From: Candidatus Cloacimonadota bacterium
GTDB taxonomy: Bacteria > Cloacimonadota > Cloacimonadia > JGIOTU-2
Assembly (NCBI GenBank): GCA_016932035.1
Contig: JAFGDR010000023.1
Coordinates: 9,775-73,774, forward strand
Reading direction: 5' to 3'
Length of the DNA stretch: 64,000 nt
The notes below the pieces were generated by a model. The model made no database searches, was not told where the DNA came from, and was given only the letters and a program-made list of their open reading frames with translations. Of this stretch, positions 29,043 to 40,310 are shown one piece after another; positions within the stretch are counted from its first letter, which is position 1, and every line of letters starts with the position of its first letter. The position numbers and the translations under genes were made by a program.

Positions 29043-29270
29043 ATGACTGCCTGGCTTTTATTAATTGTTACTGGACTTATTTTAATGTTTATAGAAATAT
29101 TAAGTGATCAAGTGATTTTCTTAAGCTTTGGCTCAGCCGCAATTATTACTGGCATGCTTCACATTATATTCTTAAAAAATATCCTTATCTCACTTCTATT
29201 TTTTTTTATAATTTCCCTATTAAATCTATTTGTTATGAAGAAGCTCGTTATCAAGATGTTGAGGAGATAA
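29043..29270 (+). CDS. Small hypothetical membrane protein (two TM)
   Basis: 75 aa, two hydrophobic helices, 12 nt after the upstream gene. No recognisable family. Confidence 0.4.
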   Translation: MTAWLLLIVTGLILMFIEILSDQVIFLSFGSAAIITGMLHIIFLKNILISLLFFFIISLLNLFVMKKLVIKMLRR

Positions 29271-29347
29271 AAATCATCATTGCAAAGGTTGACAAATAAA
29301 TACATACAGCAATTTTATTGCTCAAATTATATAATTTAGGAGATTGA

Positions 29348-29608
29348 ATGCCAGATCATAAATCTTGTGAAAAAAGATTGCGTTCAGACGAGAAAAAGAA
29401 GGAACGTAATCATTATGTTAAAAAAAGCATAAGTACGATCATGAAGAAGATCAAGAAGAGTACTGATAAAAAGGAAATGGAATCATTGTTAGTGCAAGCT
29501 TATTCTCTTATTGATAAAGCAGTGAAAAGGGGAGTTATTCATCGCAATAATGCCGATAGAAAAAAATCAAGGTTAAGTAAATTTGTAAAAAACTTTGAAG
29601 CAAGCTAA
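29348..29608 (+). CDS. rpsT: 30S ribosomal protein S20
   Basis: Basic helical protein: ..KRLRSDEKKKERN...KSTDKKEMESLLVQAYSLIDKAVKRGVIHRNNADRKKSRL. GGAG RBS. Confidence 0.9.
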   Translation: MPDHKSCEKRLRSDEKKKERNHYVKKSISTIMKKIKKSTDKKEMESLLVQAYSLIDKAVKRGVIHRNNADRKKSRLSKFVKNFEAS

Positions 29609-29616
29609 AATCTATT

Positions 29617-32600
29617 TTGAATAAAAACAGATTATCTATTATTGTATTACTGGTGGGTGTTTTCATTTCCTGCCCATTATTGGCACACTCGCCGGTTTCA
29701 GTTATCAAATCTAATGCAGATAATCTAACTATTGAATTCACTCTGCCGGGATATGAACTTATTTCGAAAAGTGACTTTGTATATATTGATTGCCCTGATC
29801 TTATGCGGGAAGAGATCGAGGGAAAGATCGATCTGCCAATTTATTCATTCCTGGTTGGTGTCCCTGTTAATGGAAATACCTATGCTACGATTCTATCAAA
29901 AGATGAACATTTCATTGATATCAAGGCTCCAATTGCACCTTTCCCAGCATTTGTTGACGACCCTTCCAAAGACACATATCGTCCGGTTTACAATTTAGAT
30001 AAGCAGAAATATCAGCTTGAAAATTCGAAAGAGATTCTTGAAATCTCCGAACCATATTTCTGGAGACAGCAACAGGTCGTGAAAGTTTCGATCCGTCCGT
30101 TCATTGTTGACAATAACACATTAAAAATAATCAAAAATCTCAATATATCATTTTCTTTATCTGGAAACAAAAAGCAGTCACTTTTCACAGACGAAAATTT
30201 TGAATTGGTCTTTAAGAATGCAATCATAAACTTCGATGTTGCTAAAGGTTGGAGTTCTGCAGCAGAAGAGGGTAAGCAGTTTAATCCGTTTTCTCAGGCA
30301 CACAGATGGTTCAGAATACAGATTTCAGATGAAGGCATTTGTAAAATAACCAAGCAGAATCTCTCTCAAGCTGGTGCAGATGTAGACAATCTAGATCCTT
30401 ATAAGATAAAGATATTCAATGGCGGGGGATTCTCGCAGAATCGTTCAGTTTATTCGACACTTTATCCTTTCGAAGAAATTCCAGTTTTTGTAAAAGAATC
30501 AGGTTCTGATTTTACGATATATTTTTATGTTCGCGGAACCAATGGATTTGACTTGAACGAGGATTATGATCAATACTACAATCCTTACACTGGAGAAAAT
30601 ACTTATTGGCTTACATATAACACAGATCTTTCTCTTTTAAAAAATCCAGCATTTTCTTCGGAAAATACTAAAGAGCGTGAATCACTCAATACATATATTT
30701 TCTCAGAACATATTGAAGAAGAACAAATCAGGACTGATCCGCTTGAGATCGTATGGTACTGGTCGAGTTTTACGGGCAGCGGTGCAAGCACAAAATATTT
30801 TGACTTTAATGTTTCTGATCTCAATACTTCAGAACCTCAACAAATCTCTCTCAGGTTCAATTATCGTCCTTACTCAGCTTATTTAGATGTGTATGTTAAT
30901 AATACACTTTTAACTGATTATACTTGGTCATCATCCAAAGTAACGTTTACCGGTAATTTTCTAACAAACGGTAAGAACGAGTTAAAGGTTGTTGAAACCA
31001 CTTCAGGTTCGCAGACACTCTATTTTGATTATTATGAAGTGTCCTATACAAAAAATCTCAAAATGCAGAATGACTACCTTGCATTAACCTTGCCGCAAGA
31101 CAATGTTGAATATACGGTTAATGTCACGAATGTTTCAAGTAATGAATTAAGTTTGTTCAAAGTAACTGAGTTTAATCAGGTTGCTAAAATTACTGACTAC
31201 CAACTTTCGGGTTCAACACTATCATTCGATGCACTTTCAGAAGCTGAAGACACTAAATTCTGCATTGTCAACAGCGGTGGCTACATCGTTCCTGATATTG
31301 AAGAAAAACTAAAACCTCAGATGTATTTAAATGGTTCGCTTATAGCTGATTCCTACCTGAGAAGCGATTCAACGCTTGCGAATACAGAAGCGATCATTAT
31401 TACACCAGAACAATTCTGGGACCTTTCCACGGATTTAGCTGATGTTCATCATCAATATGATGACTTGAATGTTTTAGTGGTAAATATAAATGATGTATAT
31501 GATGAATTTTCCTGGGGATTGACAGACGTTGTTGCAATACGTTATTTTTTGAATTATGTCTATGATTATTATGCATTTGATCCTTCAAAGAAACTGGCAT
31601 ATTGTCTTCTTGTCGGTGACGGAACAAATGATTTTAGAGGATACGAACAGGGTTCCGAAGAGAAAAATAAAATACTTCCGTTTGTTGAAGGAACTGTTGC
31701 ATCAGATGATTATTTCGTTTACTTTTTGAACAAAACAAATCCCTCTCTCATGATCGGGCGTCTTCCTGGATATACCGATACTCAAATGGAGATCATGATA
31801 GAGAAGAATATTAATTATGTTACACAACCCAGTTGGGGATATTGGCGGAACCGAGTTATTTTAAGTGCGGACGATTTTCTAAAACAGGGAAAAAATACTG
31901 AAACAGGTCACACTACTCATGCAGAAAGTTGTGCTCGAAGAATCGAGTATAATGTTGAATTACTCAAAAACTACGGTATTATGTATCCACTCGATGAATT
32001 TCAAAGTAAACCCGAAGCCAATGATGATTTGATCAAAATGATCAATAACGGAGCTGCAGTTTTTTACTATATCGGGCATGGCGGATATGATGTGATAGGG
32101 GATGAGGAATATTTCCGGTCAAGTAGAGATATTTCCAAACTCACTAATGCTTATTCCTTAAACTTCTTCCTTGCCGCATCATGTGATATTGGCTTGTTTG
32201 ATTCAAACACCATTGAATCAATGGCAGAAAGAATGCTCTATTCAAAAGGTAAAGGTTCTATAGCAGTATTTGCATCAGCACGCAAAGGAGGATATGGTCC
32301 GTGCTCTGATATTGTTGCACTGGTTGTAAATGACGCTGATGAAGGTATAACGATCGGTCAGGCAGTGCTTGCATCAAAGGGTGGTTCTCCATCGAAATCC
32401 TACGAAAAATATCTCCTTCTTGGAAATCCTATGCTGAAAACTGCACTTCCTGCTGTACGAGGTGATATAACCATCCCTGCAGAATATGCAGATTCACTCA
32501 AAGCACGACAGACTGCAGAAATGATTGGTATCATTGATACAACTGGTTATGAATTTGATGAGGTTTTCAACGTTGTATTTGATACAGACTATTCAAAAGA

Positions 32601-33522
32601 CTATCCTTATGATTACCGTGATCCTAATACCGGTTCTTGGGAAATAAGATACCTTGCGATAGTTCTTAAAGGAGAGGGAATTTTTAAAGGTCCTGTTTCC
32701 TCAGAAAATAACGAATTTGATCTTGGATTTGTTGTGCCGGATGATGTGCTTGGAGGTCAGGAAGGGCAGGTATTGAGTTACTCAATTGGAACTTCGAATG
32801 AAAAAGATGTTGATATTTTACTTCGGTATAATAAACGAACAAGCACTGCTGATCATGATCTCATTATCAATGGCTATGCAGAAGCAGAGAACGACGGTCC
32901 TCCCAGAATTACTATGTGGTTGGATAACGATAGCTTTAAGAGTGGAGATTATGTATCATCTTCTCCGTTAGTAAATGTTGAGATAATCGATAGCAATGGA
33001 GTAAATATAACAAATTATCCAGGACACCGTATTTTACTTACAGTCGATAATGAGTCTGAATACAACATAACAGAGAATTTTGTATACGATCTAAATTCGT
33101 ATATAACTGGCAGTATTGAATACCAGCTTGAATCCATTCCTGCAGGCATACACACAATGCGATTGGAAGTTTTTGATAATCTCAATGAGGTTGCTTTTAA
33201 AGATATTGAATTTAAAGTGAAAGAGCCAGATAATATTGATGTTCGAACTGTTTTAAATTATCCAAATCCAATGAATGACCATACGTATTTTACCTTTTAC
33301 CTTGATGGAGATGCGACCGTAAATATTGAAATTTTTACTGTTGCGGGAAGAAAAATCAAAACTATCAAAACTGATCAAAAATTACGTGCTGGGTATAATC
33401 AAATATACTGGGATGGGAAAGATGATGATGGAGATAATCCGTCAAACGGAGTATATTTTTATAAACTAATTGTTAATGCGAAAAGAATTGATGACACATT
33501 CAAAATTATTATTTTCCATTAA
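29617..33522 (+). CDS. Secreted peptidase C25 (gingipain-like, possibly PorU-like) protein with T9SS CTD
   Basis: Signal peptide. C25 catalytic blocks with His in YYIGHGGYDV and Cys in FFLAASCDIGLFD, plus LLVGDGTNDFRG. CTD at the end (VLNYPNPMNDHTYFTFYL...IEIFTVAGRKI...IYWDGKDDDGDNPSNGVYFYKL). TTG start per ORF track. Confidence 0.7.
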   Translation: MNKNRLSIIVLLVGVFISCPLLAHSPVSVIKSNADNLTIEFTLPGYELISKSDFVYIDCPDLMREEIEGKIDLPIYSFLVGVPVNGNTYATILSKDEHFIDIKAPIAPFPAFVDDPSKDTYRPVYNLDKQKYQLENSKEILEISEPYFWRQQQVVKVSIRPFIVDNNTLKIIKNLNISFSLSGNKKQSLFTDENFELVFKNAIINFDVAKGWSSAAEEGKQFNPFSQAHRWFRIQISDEGICKITKQNLSQAGADVDNLDPYKIKIFNGGGFSQNRSVYSTLYPFEEIPVFVKESGSDFTIYFYVRGTNGFDLNEDYDQYYNPYTGENTYWLTYNTDLSLLKNPAFSSENTKERESLNTYIFSEHIEEEQIRTDPLEIVWYWSSFTGSGASTKYFDFNVSDLNTSEPQQISLRFNYRPYSAYLDVYVNNTLLTDYTWSSSKVTFTGNFLTNGKNELKVVETTSGSQTLYFDYYEVSYTKNLKMQNDYLALTLPQDNVEYTVNVTNVSSNELSLFKVTEFNQVAKITDYQLSGSTLSFDALSEAEDTKFCIVNSGGYIVPDIEEKLKPQMYLNGSLIADSYLRSDSTLANTEAIIITPEQFWDLSTDLADVHHQYDDLNVLVVNINDVYDEFSWGLTDVVAIRYFLNYVYDYYAFDPSKKLAYCLLVGDGTNDFRGYEQGSEEKNKILPFVEGTVASDDYFVYFLNKTNPSLMIGRLPGYTDTQMEIMIEKNINYVTQPSWGYWRNRVILSADDFLKQGKNTETGHTTHAESCARRIEYNVELLKNYGIMYPLDEFQSKPEANDDLIKMINNGAAVFYYIGHGGYDVIGDEEYFRSSRDISKLTNAYSLNFFLAASCDIGLFDSNTIESMAERMLYSKGKGSIAVFASARKGGYGPCSDIVALVVNDADEGITIGQAVLASKGGSPSKSYEKYLLLGNPMLKTALPAVRGDITIPAEYADSLKARQTAEMIGIIDTTGYEFDEVFNVVFDTDYSKDYPYDYRDPNTGSWEIRYLAIVLKGEGIFKGPVSSENNEFDLGFVVPDDVLGGQEGQVLSYSIGTSNEKDVDILLRYNKRTSTADHDLIINGYAEAENDGPPRITMWLDNDSFKSGDYVSSSPLVNVEIIDSNGVNITNYPGHRILLTVDNESEYNITENFVYDLNSYITGSIEYQLESIPAGIHTMRLEVFDNLNEVAFKDIEFKVKEPDNIDVRTVLNYPNPMNDHTYFTFYLDGDATVNIEIFTVAGRKIKTIKTDQKLRAGYNQIYWDGKDDDGDNPSNGVYFYKLIVNAKRIDDTFKIIIFH

Positions 33523-33557
33523 TTATAGCATATATGCTTCCTTATCGCTTTAATAAA

Positions 33558-33571
33558 TTTGACAAGTCAAA
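33558..33571. promoter_or_regulatory. Perfect palindrome TTTGACAAGTCAAA in a 280-bp AT-rich intergenic region (candidate operator)
   Basis: 6-bp inverted repeat TTTGAC/GTCAAA with a 2-nt spacer, about 230 nt upstream of the 33802 gene. Confidence 0.25.
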
Positions 33572-33801
33572 ATTATATTCTAAATATTGGAAATGATTTT
33601 ATAGACTATTGATTAAATTATTATAATGAAGCTATAAAAAGAAAAAGTGAAACGTTAATGTCTATGTTAGGCTTGAAACCAGTTTTATCTCATCATTTAC
33701 TTGCTGGTTATACCCGAAGGGGATTTTTGTTAATTTCTAAATTAGGTTTTTAAAATAATTATGTTAACAATATCTGATTTGAAAAAATCGGAGGAGACGG
33801 T

Positions 33802-36651
33802 ATGAAAAAACTTATTGGATTAACGATCGTGGCCTTGTTCATTACCTCACTTGCATTTGCAGTTAATTATACAAGTGGAGAAATGAGCAAAGGAACACCT
33901 TCAAACTTTGAATCACGTTCTAACTTTACTCCTGGCGAACAGCTTCACAGAGTTGCACCTAAAAATGTAGACCCTCATCGTGACGCTCCAGAACCAGAAG
34001 GTGTTCAACTTTTATATTGGGAAAACTTTGAAACCGAAGATGATATTTGGTATTATGCCAATCTTTCATATTACTGGGTTATTCCTGTTGAAGCTTCTGA
34101 GTTCGGAACTCGTTTTACTGCTTATAGATCTGGCGACCTTGTAGGTGCATGGTTCTATTGGTACACTGGAAATGGTGGAGACGCTGATGTTCATGTCTAT
34201 GCGGATGATGGAACAGGATATCCTGGTGCCGGTTTAGGCAGCGTATCAGTTACACCAATTCTTAACGATTGGAACTACGTAGATCTTTCTGGTCTTGGAA
34301 TTTCTGTTGATCCCTCTGCAGACTTCTTTATCACCTATAGTGTAGAAGCTGGTGATACTCTTAGTATTCTTTCAGATGATGGCGCGACTACAAATAATCG
34401 TGCACTTGAAGTTCTTCCCACAGTAAAAGATTGGACCTATATGGTTAATGATTGGGGGGCAGACTACGAATGGTGCCTCGAAGCAATCATAGAGCACGAC
34501 ACTGACCCCTGGATTCCTGAAATTGCAGGAAGATGGCAGTGGGTCGATACTGATTATAATAGCCCCGATCATTCATGGTGGATTGCTGATGATCCAGCAT
34601 ATCAAGGATACAACTGGCTCAGCTCAGAACCCTTTACTATAGGTGATGACTATGCTTTGGTTCAGGTAGATTACGCTTACAGAAGCAGCTTACCTGAAGC
34701 AGTATATTCAGATGAATATTGGTCATTCTACATTGGAAATACAGCCGATGGTATTGATTGGCATGCTTCAACCTATAATGCTTATAACTCTGGCACATCC
34801 TGGTATGCTGGTGATGAAGTAACACATGAGTATGGTACCAGTGCTATTTACTATTTATACACACCGGACATTGATCTTACCACTGCTTGTGAAGCCACAT
34901 TGACATGTATGCTTGATTATGATACAGAAGCACCAGGTGGAGAAGACCCACCATTCAACGGCTGGGATGTTGCAAACGTCCAGATCTCTACAGATGGTTG
35001 GGCGACAAAAGGATTCCTTGAAGATCCTGCAAATCCCTATAATGTAACTATTGCATTTGCAGGATGGGCAAATACTTCACTTCCAGCAGACACATTGAGC
35101 TATCCCGGTTGGGGTGGTCCAAGTCCTGCCGGCTGGTTCGCAGGAACTTTCGACCTTGCTGCATATCTTGGTGAAACAGTTCAAATCCGTTTTGCTCTTG
35201 CATCAGATCCTTATACTGTTGCTCAGGGATTCTGGGTTGACAATCTTGATATTACAGCAGACGGTACAGTAATATTCTCAGATTATGATGAAACCAACTT
35301 AATTCCAGCCCCTCCAGTTGTTGTTCTTGAAGAGCTTGAATACCTGGATACTTATACTGATGAAGATTGGTATGTTACTGATAAATATGACATTTCCATG
35401 TATGCTGGTGAAGAAGTAATCCTGAAAATGAAGGCTACTCTTGCGAATGATGCAGGATCCGGAGAAGGTTTCTGGTTCGATGACATCCAGATAACCGGAG
35501 CCAACCTTCCTGTTCATGATATGGCAGCAATGTTCAATGTAATGCCGTATGGTGCGACCGAAGGATGGGATTATAGTCCCGGTATCGTTTATGGAAACTT
35601 CGGAACAACAATAGAAGGTCCACAGCTTAGAATGGATAACCTTGATTATGGTACAACTCCATTCGATTATTACAATAACAATCCTCCAGCAATCGGCTAT
35701 GGCGAATTTGATCTCGCTTGGCTCACTCAACTAGCAGCACTTCCGGGTGCCGGCTGGTATGATTTCTGTGGCTGGACAGAGGTTGGTGGCGATGAAGATC
35801 CCACAAACGACTCTACCTATTTCTGGGGTGTCGAAGTATATCCCGCAGGATGGGCAGAATTCGGTAATAACTCCAGAGTATGGAGTGAAGACTATTATAC
35901 TTCTGGATACTGTGGAAACTGGTTTGATATCTTCGATGGTGCTCGTATGACATCATTTGATATCTATTCAGTTTGGACTCAGGTAATCAACTATGGTTCA
36001 ACTGGTGATGTTGACACATGGACAGTTGAGATCTTCGAAGCCATTGATGATCTTACTCCTGGCGCAAGCTTATACTATGGTTCATTCGATTGTACAGGCA
36101 TTGATGGTGATGATTTTGGTTGGGTTGAATTCGTTCTTCCTACACCATTACATATTACTGGTAATGTCATTGTAATGATCGGTGGACAATGGGTAGGTGG
36201 AGCACCTGGTGTCGATGCAAGTTACTTCCCAGCATTTGACAGCATGGTTCGTAACTACCTTGGTGTTGGAGCATACTACGGACACAGTGTTTACGGCACA
36301 GAAGGCGATCCTTCAACTTGGGGACATTCCTCAGGTGACCGTTTCGTCAACATCTATGGTCGCGTAGATTATGCTGTTGATCCTGGTTCACAAGGTGAAT
36401 TAAGCTATCTCAAGCAGTGCGTACCGAACCCGGTAACAAACAATGCTACTATTAGCTATCATATTAAGAATTCACCAATGAACAACGCGCAGATCAAGAT
36501 CTATAATGTGCTTGGTCAGCTTGTTGACACAGTTCAGGGTGAAAATGGCGAAGCCACTTGGAATCCTGGCGATGCACCAAATGGTGTATATTTCTACAAG
36601 ATCTCATCTGATGACTTCACTTCTGTTAAGAAGATGATACTCATGAGATAA
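33802..36651 (+). CDS. Secreted 949-aa W/Y/G/D-rich hypothetical protein with T9SS CTD
   Basis: GGAGGAG RBS. Signal peptide MKKLIGLTIVALFITSLAFA. C-terminal CTD (CVPNPVTNNATISYHI...IKIYNVLGQLV...NGVYFYKI). Confidence 0.7.
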   Translation: MKKLIGLTIVALFITSLAFAVNYTSGEMSKGTPSNFESRSNFTPGEQLHRVAPKNVDPHRDAPEPEGVQLLYWENFETEDDIWYYANLSYYWVIPVEASEFGTRFTAYRSGDLVGAWFYWYTGNGGDADVHVYADDGTGYPGAGLGSVSVTPILNDWNYVDLSGLGISVDPSADFFITYSVEAGDTLSILSDDGATTNNRALEVLPTVKDWTYMVNDWGADYEWCLEAIIEHDTDPWIPEIAGRWQWVDTDYNSPDHSWWIADDPAYQGYNWLSSEPFTIGDDYALVQVDYAYRSSLPEAVYSDEYWSFYIGNTADGIDWHASTYNAYNSGTSWYAGDEVTHEYGTSAIYYLYTPDIDLTTACEATLTCMLDYDTEAPGGEDPPFNGWDVANVQISTDGWATKGFLEDPANPYNVTIAFAGWANTSLPADTLSYPGWGGPSPAGWFAGTFDLAAYLGETVQIRFALASDPYTVAQGFWVDNLDITADGTVIFSDYDETNLIPAPPVVVLEELEYLDTYTDEDWYVTDKYDISMYAGEEVILKMKATLANDAGSGEGFWFDDIQITGANLPVHDMAAMFNVMPYGATEGWDYSPGIVYGNFGTTIEGPQLRMDNLDYGTTPFDYYNNNPPAIGYGEFDLAWLTQLAALPGAGWYDFCGWTEVGGDEDPTNDSTYFWGVEVYPAGWAEFGNNSRVWSEDYYTSGYCGNWFDIFDGARMTSFDIYSVWTQVINYGSTGDVDTWTVEIFEAIDDLTPGASLYYGSFDCTGIDGDDFGWVEFVLPTPLHITGNVIVMIGGQWVGGAPGVDASYFPAFDSMVRNYLGVGAYYGHSVYGTEGDPSTWGHSSGDRFVNIYGRVDYAVDPGSQGELSYLKQCVPNPVTNNATISYHIKNSPMNNAQIKIYNVLGQLVDTVQGENGEATWNPGDAPNGVYFYKISSDDFTSVKKMILMR

Positions 36652-36663
36652 TGAATTAATATT

Positions 36664-36702
36664 AAAGCCCTATTCTGGAAACGGAGTAGGGCTTTTTTTT
36701 TA
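36664..36702 (+). terminator. Rho-independent terminator
   Basis: Stem AAAGCCCTA/TAGGGCTTT with a 14-nt loop, followed by a T9 run. Confidence 0.6.
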
Positions 36703-36708
36703 GAAAGA

Positions 36709-38577
36709 ATGAAATCTCTTACCAGCGATAAGAAGAGCAAGATAAGTCTAGTTATTATATTGATAGCAATTCTTATCTTTATCAATCCGCTCTTTATTAC
36801 AACTCAAAAACAACTTTTTTTTCCTACTAAAATACTCGTTCAGCAAATCCTGATTCTTATCATACTTATATCTTTTCTGCTTTACAAGCATATTGAAAGA
36901 ATAAAAATTTCCCAACAACTCATCATTCTCGGCTTATATATTCTATATTTATTTATACGAACAATCATCCAGCCAGTTCCAAGTTATGGATTTGAACAAC
37001 TCGTTTATCTCATCCCGTATTTTTTACTTTATGCAATTCTTTCTCAACTCAACTTGAACAAGAATGAAATGTTGTTTATTAGTAATACATTTCTATTAAG
37101 TTTTATTGTATCAATCGTTTTTGGAATTTTTCTCCAATCCAAGCATTCCAGTTTTTCGAACTTTTCGAGACTTCAGCTCACTTGGGCAAATGCTAACTAT
37201 CTTGCGAGTTATCTATTAGTTACATTGGCATTTGTGTTATATTCATGGAAAACATCAAAGGAAAAATGGATTCATGTTATATCAGCAACTAGCATAGCAA
37301 TTGTTCTGATCTTCTTACTTTGGACTCAATCAAGAGGTGGGCTTGTTAGTTTTTTTCTTATTCTTATCTGTATTTTTCTTTTTTATGCAATTAAAAATAA
37401 AAAGAAATGGTTGATTGCAGGTTTATCTGTAATCATTATCATATTTATTATTGGCTCTATATATGTATTCAGGACAATACGTCCTCAAACATTGATCTTT
37501 CGAGAGAGAATTTATCAAGCGGATGTTCACTATATCAAACATAATTTTGTTTTCGGATCTGGTGTTGGAACTTTTGTCAGAGAATTCCCCCAATACAGAT
37601 TAAAGGACTATAAATTGTATGGGCAAGAGGATATTATATCTCATGCACACAACGAATTTATTGAGGTATGGGCAGAGACTGGTATTGTGGGTATAGCATT
37701 AATTCTTCTTTTCTTTTTGTCTCTTATCAAAAATTTTAAAAATAATATTAATAGTAAAAACAAATATTTTCTATATGCTGCAGGATTTTCTTTACTGCTT
37801 CTTCTCATACATAATCTCTTTTCTATTACAATGCGAATTCCACCAATTCTCTTTTATTTCTTTGTGCTGACAGGATTCCTCGCACAAAATTATAATAAGG
37901 AAAATGGTTCAAAGGTTAGATTTGTCTCAAAATTTATTCTTATAGTTTTTGTAGTAGTTTTGATCATTTGTATTTATCAGCAATTGAGAACAATTCAGGG
38001 ATTAAAACATTTTTCTCGATCAGAAGAATTATATGCACAAAAAGATCCAAATCTAATGATGTCTGCAATTCTTGAAGCAGAAAAGGCATCAAAGTATATT
38101 CCTGAAAACGCAGATCTGCTTTATCATAAAGGATTCTTGTACTCAATGCAGCAGGATGATGTCAATGCATTAAAGACCTACCAGAAGCTTGAGAAAGTAG
38201 CTCCATATTACCCTCAGCTCTTTTTCTGGAAAGGGTATATCCTTTCTCTAAAAGGAGATTGGATTGCATCGGTAAAGAGTTATAAGAGAGAGATAGAATA
38301 TAATGAGTATCCAAAGGTTTATTTCAATCTTGCAATAGCGTATCATTATTTGGGAGATGAGAATAAATCTATGCTCAACTTCCTGCACTTTGCTGAAAAA
38401 ATAAAACTCAAAATAGAAAAACATCTTATCAAAGACAAGCAGCAAATCCTCGAAGAAGAAGGGTGGAATTTGAAATTTGCCCTCGACAAACTTGAAGAAT
38501 ATTATAAAAAGAACGTTGCTCTATCCAATAGAATAAAAGAATTAAAAGGATGTTTTTTTCCGGAAGGTAATAATTAG
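36709..38577 (+). CDS. O-antigen ligase family (Wzy_C) membrane protein with C-terminal TPR repeats
   Basis: About 10 TM helices. Conserved LWTQSRGGLVSF and HAHNEFIEVWAETGIVG motifs of WaaL/O-antigen polymerase-like proteins. The C-terminal ~200 aa are TPR-like (YHKGFLYSMQQDDVNALKTYQKLEKVAPYYPQ...). Confidence 0.65.
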   Translation: MKSLTSDKKSKISLVIILIAILIFINPLFITTQKQLFFPTKILVQQILILIILISFLLYKHIERIKISQQLIILGLYILYLFIRTIIQPVPSYGFEQLVYLIPYFLLYAILSQLNLNKNEMLFISNTFLLSFIVSIVFGIFLQSKHSSFSNFSRLQLTWANANYLASYLLVTLAFVLYSWKTSKEKWIHVISATSIAIVLIFLLWTQSRGGLVSFFLILICIFLFYAIKNKKKWLIAGLSVIIIIFIIGSIYVFRTIRPQTLIFRERIYQADVHYIKHNFVFGSGVGTFVREFPQYRLKDYKLYGQEDIISHAHNEFIEVWAETGIVGIALILLFFLSLIKNFKNNINSKNKYFLYAAGFSLLLLLIHNLFSITMRIPPILFYFFVLTGFLAQNYNKENGSKVRFVSKFILIVFVVVLIICIYQQLRTIQGLKHFSRSEELYAQKDPNLMMSAILEAEKASKYIPENADLLYHKGFLYSMQQDDVNALKTYQKLEKVAPYYPQLFFWKGYILSLKGDWIASVKSYKREIEYNEYPKVYFNLAIAYHYLGDENKSMLNFLHFAEKIKLKIEKHLIKDKQQILEEEGWNLKFALDKLEEYYKKNVALSNRIKELKGCFFPEGNN

Positions 38578-38654
38578 CTTAAAAGACCTATTTTTCTTTA
38601 CTACCCTTGCAACATACTTTTTAAATAGCCATTTTAATGCATGAAGAGGTGAAC

Positions 38655-40295
38655 ATGAAAAAGAAATATGAAGAACTCGTTTTGAAACTGACAGAGAGAT
38701 TTCCAGAACGGCAGAAAGAGTTCCTGACCGGGTCTTCTGAAAAGGTTGAACGTCTCTATACACCGGAAGAAACTGAAAAGATAAAATATAATGAAGATAT
38801 TGGTTATCCTGGTCTTTATCCCTTTACGAGAGGAGTCCAGCCAACTATGTATAGAGGGAGATTGTGGACGATGAGACAATATGCTGGTTTTGGTTCTGCT
38901 GAAGAATCAAATCAGAGATATAAATATTTGCTTTCACAGGGACAGACCGGTTTGTCTATCGCTTTCGATCTTTGCACTCAAATAGGATATGATTCCGATG
39001 ATCCTATGAGTGCTGGAGAGGTAGGAAAGGTCGGTGTTGCAATTGATTCACTTGCAGATATGGAAATTCTTTTTGATGGAATTCCACTTGGTAAAGTATC
39101 TACTTCAATGACAATTAATGCACCTGCTGCAATTATACTTGCAATGTATTTAGCTGTTGCAGAGAAGCAGGGAGTAACACCGGATAAGCTGAAAGGTACA
39201 ATTCAAAATGATATATTGAAAGAATATATTGCACGTGGTACTTATATTTTTCCTCCAAAACAATCAATGAGACTCATTACGAATACTTTTGAGTACTGTT
39301 CGCAGAACGTACCATATTGGAATACAATCTCAGTTTCTGGCTACCATATACGGGAAGCAGGTTCAACTGCTGCTGAGGAAGTTGCATTTACACTTGCTGA
39401 TGGTATTGCTTACGTCCAGGCAGCTATCGATGCAAAGCTCGAAGTTGACGACTTTGCACCGAGAGTATCATTTTTCTTCAATGCTCATAATGATCTCTTT
39501 GAAGAAGTAGCTAAATTTAGAGCTGCAAGACGATTATGGGCACGTATTATGAAGGATAGGTTCAATACTGATAATCCGAAGTCTCAAATGCTTCGTTTTC
39601 ATACGCAGACTGGAGGTTCTACACTGACAGCTCAGCAGTCAGATAATAATATTGTTCGGGTTGCAATACAAGCCCTTGCTGCAGTGCTTGGTGGAACCCA
39701 GTCTTTGCACACGAACTCACGAGACGAAGCGCTTGCACTCCCAACAGAGGATTCTGTGCGAATTGCGCTACGTACACAGCAGATTATTGGATATGAAAGT
39801 GGAGTAACAAATACTGTCGATCCTCTTGCGGGTTCATATTTTGTAGAAAAGATGACAGAAGATATTGAAAGAAAAGCTGAAGAATATATAAACCAAATCG
39901 ATGAACTCGGGGGAATGGTCGAAGCAATAGAAAAGGGATATGTTCAAAAACAGATCCAGGATAGTGCATATAAATATCAGAAACAAATTGAAAAAAATGA
40001 ACGAATAATTGTTGGTGTTAATAAGTTCACTATTGAGGAAGAGTCACCCAAAAATCTTTTAAGAGTCGATGAAAAAGTTGAACTGCAACAGATAGAAAAA
40101 CTACACAAAGTGAAGGCTGAACGTAGTGAACAAAAAGTAATTGAAAGTCTCGAGAAAATTCGAAAAGTAGCTCGTACTAATGAGAATATCATACCCTTCC
40201 TGCTTGAAGCAGTCAAAACCTATGCTACCCTTGGTGAGATTTGTAATGTCTTACGTGAAGAATTTGGTGAATATAACGAACAATTAGTACTTTAA
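38655..40295 (+). CDS. Methylmalonyl-CoA mutase family, catalytic (large) subunit without B12 domain (split type)
   Basis: MCM substrate-binding barrel motifs ([67 protein letters not shown]). ATG at 38655 with AGAGGTGA RBS; the ORF track starts at 38637. Confidence 0.85.
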   Translation: MKKKYEELVLKLTERFPERQKEFLTGSSEKVERLYTPEETEKIKYNEDIGYPGLYPFTRGVQPTMYRGRLWTMRQYAGFGSAEESNQRYKYLLSQGQTGLSIAFDLCTQIGYDSDDPMSAGEVGKVGVAIDSLADMEILFDGIPLGKVSTSMTINAPAAIILAMYLAVAEKQGVTPDKLKGTIQNDILKEYIARGTYIFPPKQSMRLITNTFEYCSQNVPYWNTISVSGYHIREAGSTAAEEVAFTLADGIAYVQAAIDAKLEVDDFAPRVSFFFNAHNDLFEEVAKFRAARRLWARIMKDRFNTDNPKSQMLRFHTQTGGSTLTAQQSDNNIVRVAIQALAAVLGGTQSLHTNSRDEALALPTEDSVRIALRTQQIIGYESGVTNTVDPLAGSYFVEKMTEDIERKAEEYINQIDELGGMVEAIEKGYVQKQIQDSAYKYQKQIEKNERIIVGVNKFTIEEESPKNLLRVDEKVELQQIEKLHKVKAERSEQKVIESLEKIRKVARTNENIIPFLLEAVKTYATLGEICNVLREEFGEYNEQLVL

Positions 40296-40310
40296 GAGGA
40301 ATATATAAAT

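Noticed and set aside
38578-38654. Possible cobalamin riboswitch upstream of the methylmalonyl-CoA mutase genes
   Set aside because: The intergenic region is only ~75 nt and lacks the B12-box or any extended structured leader.
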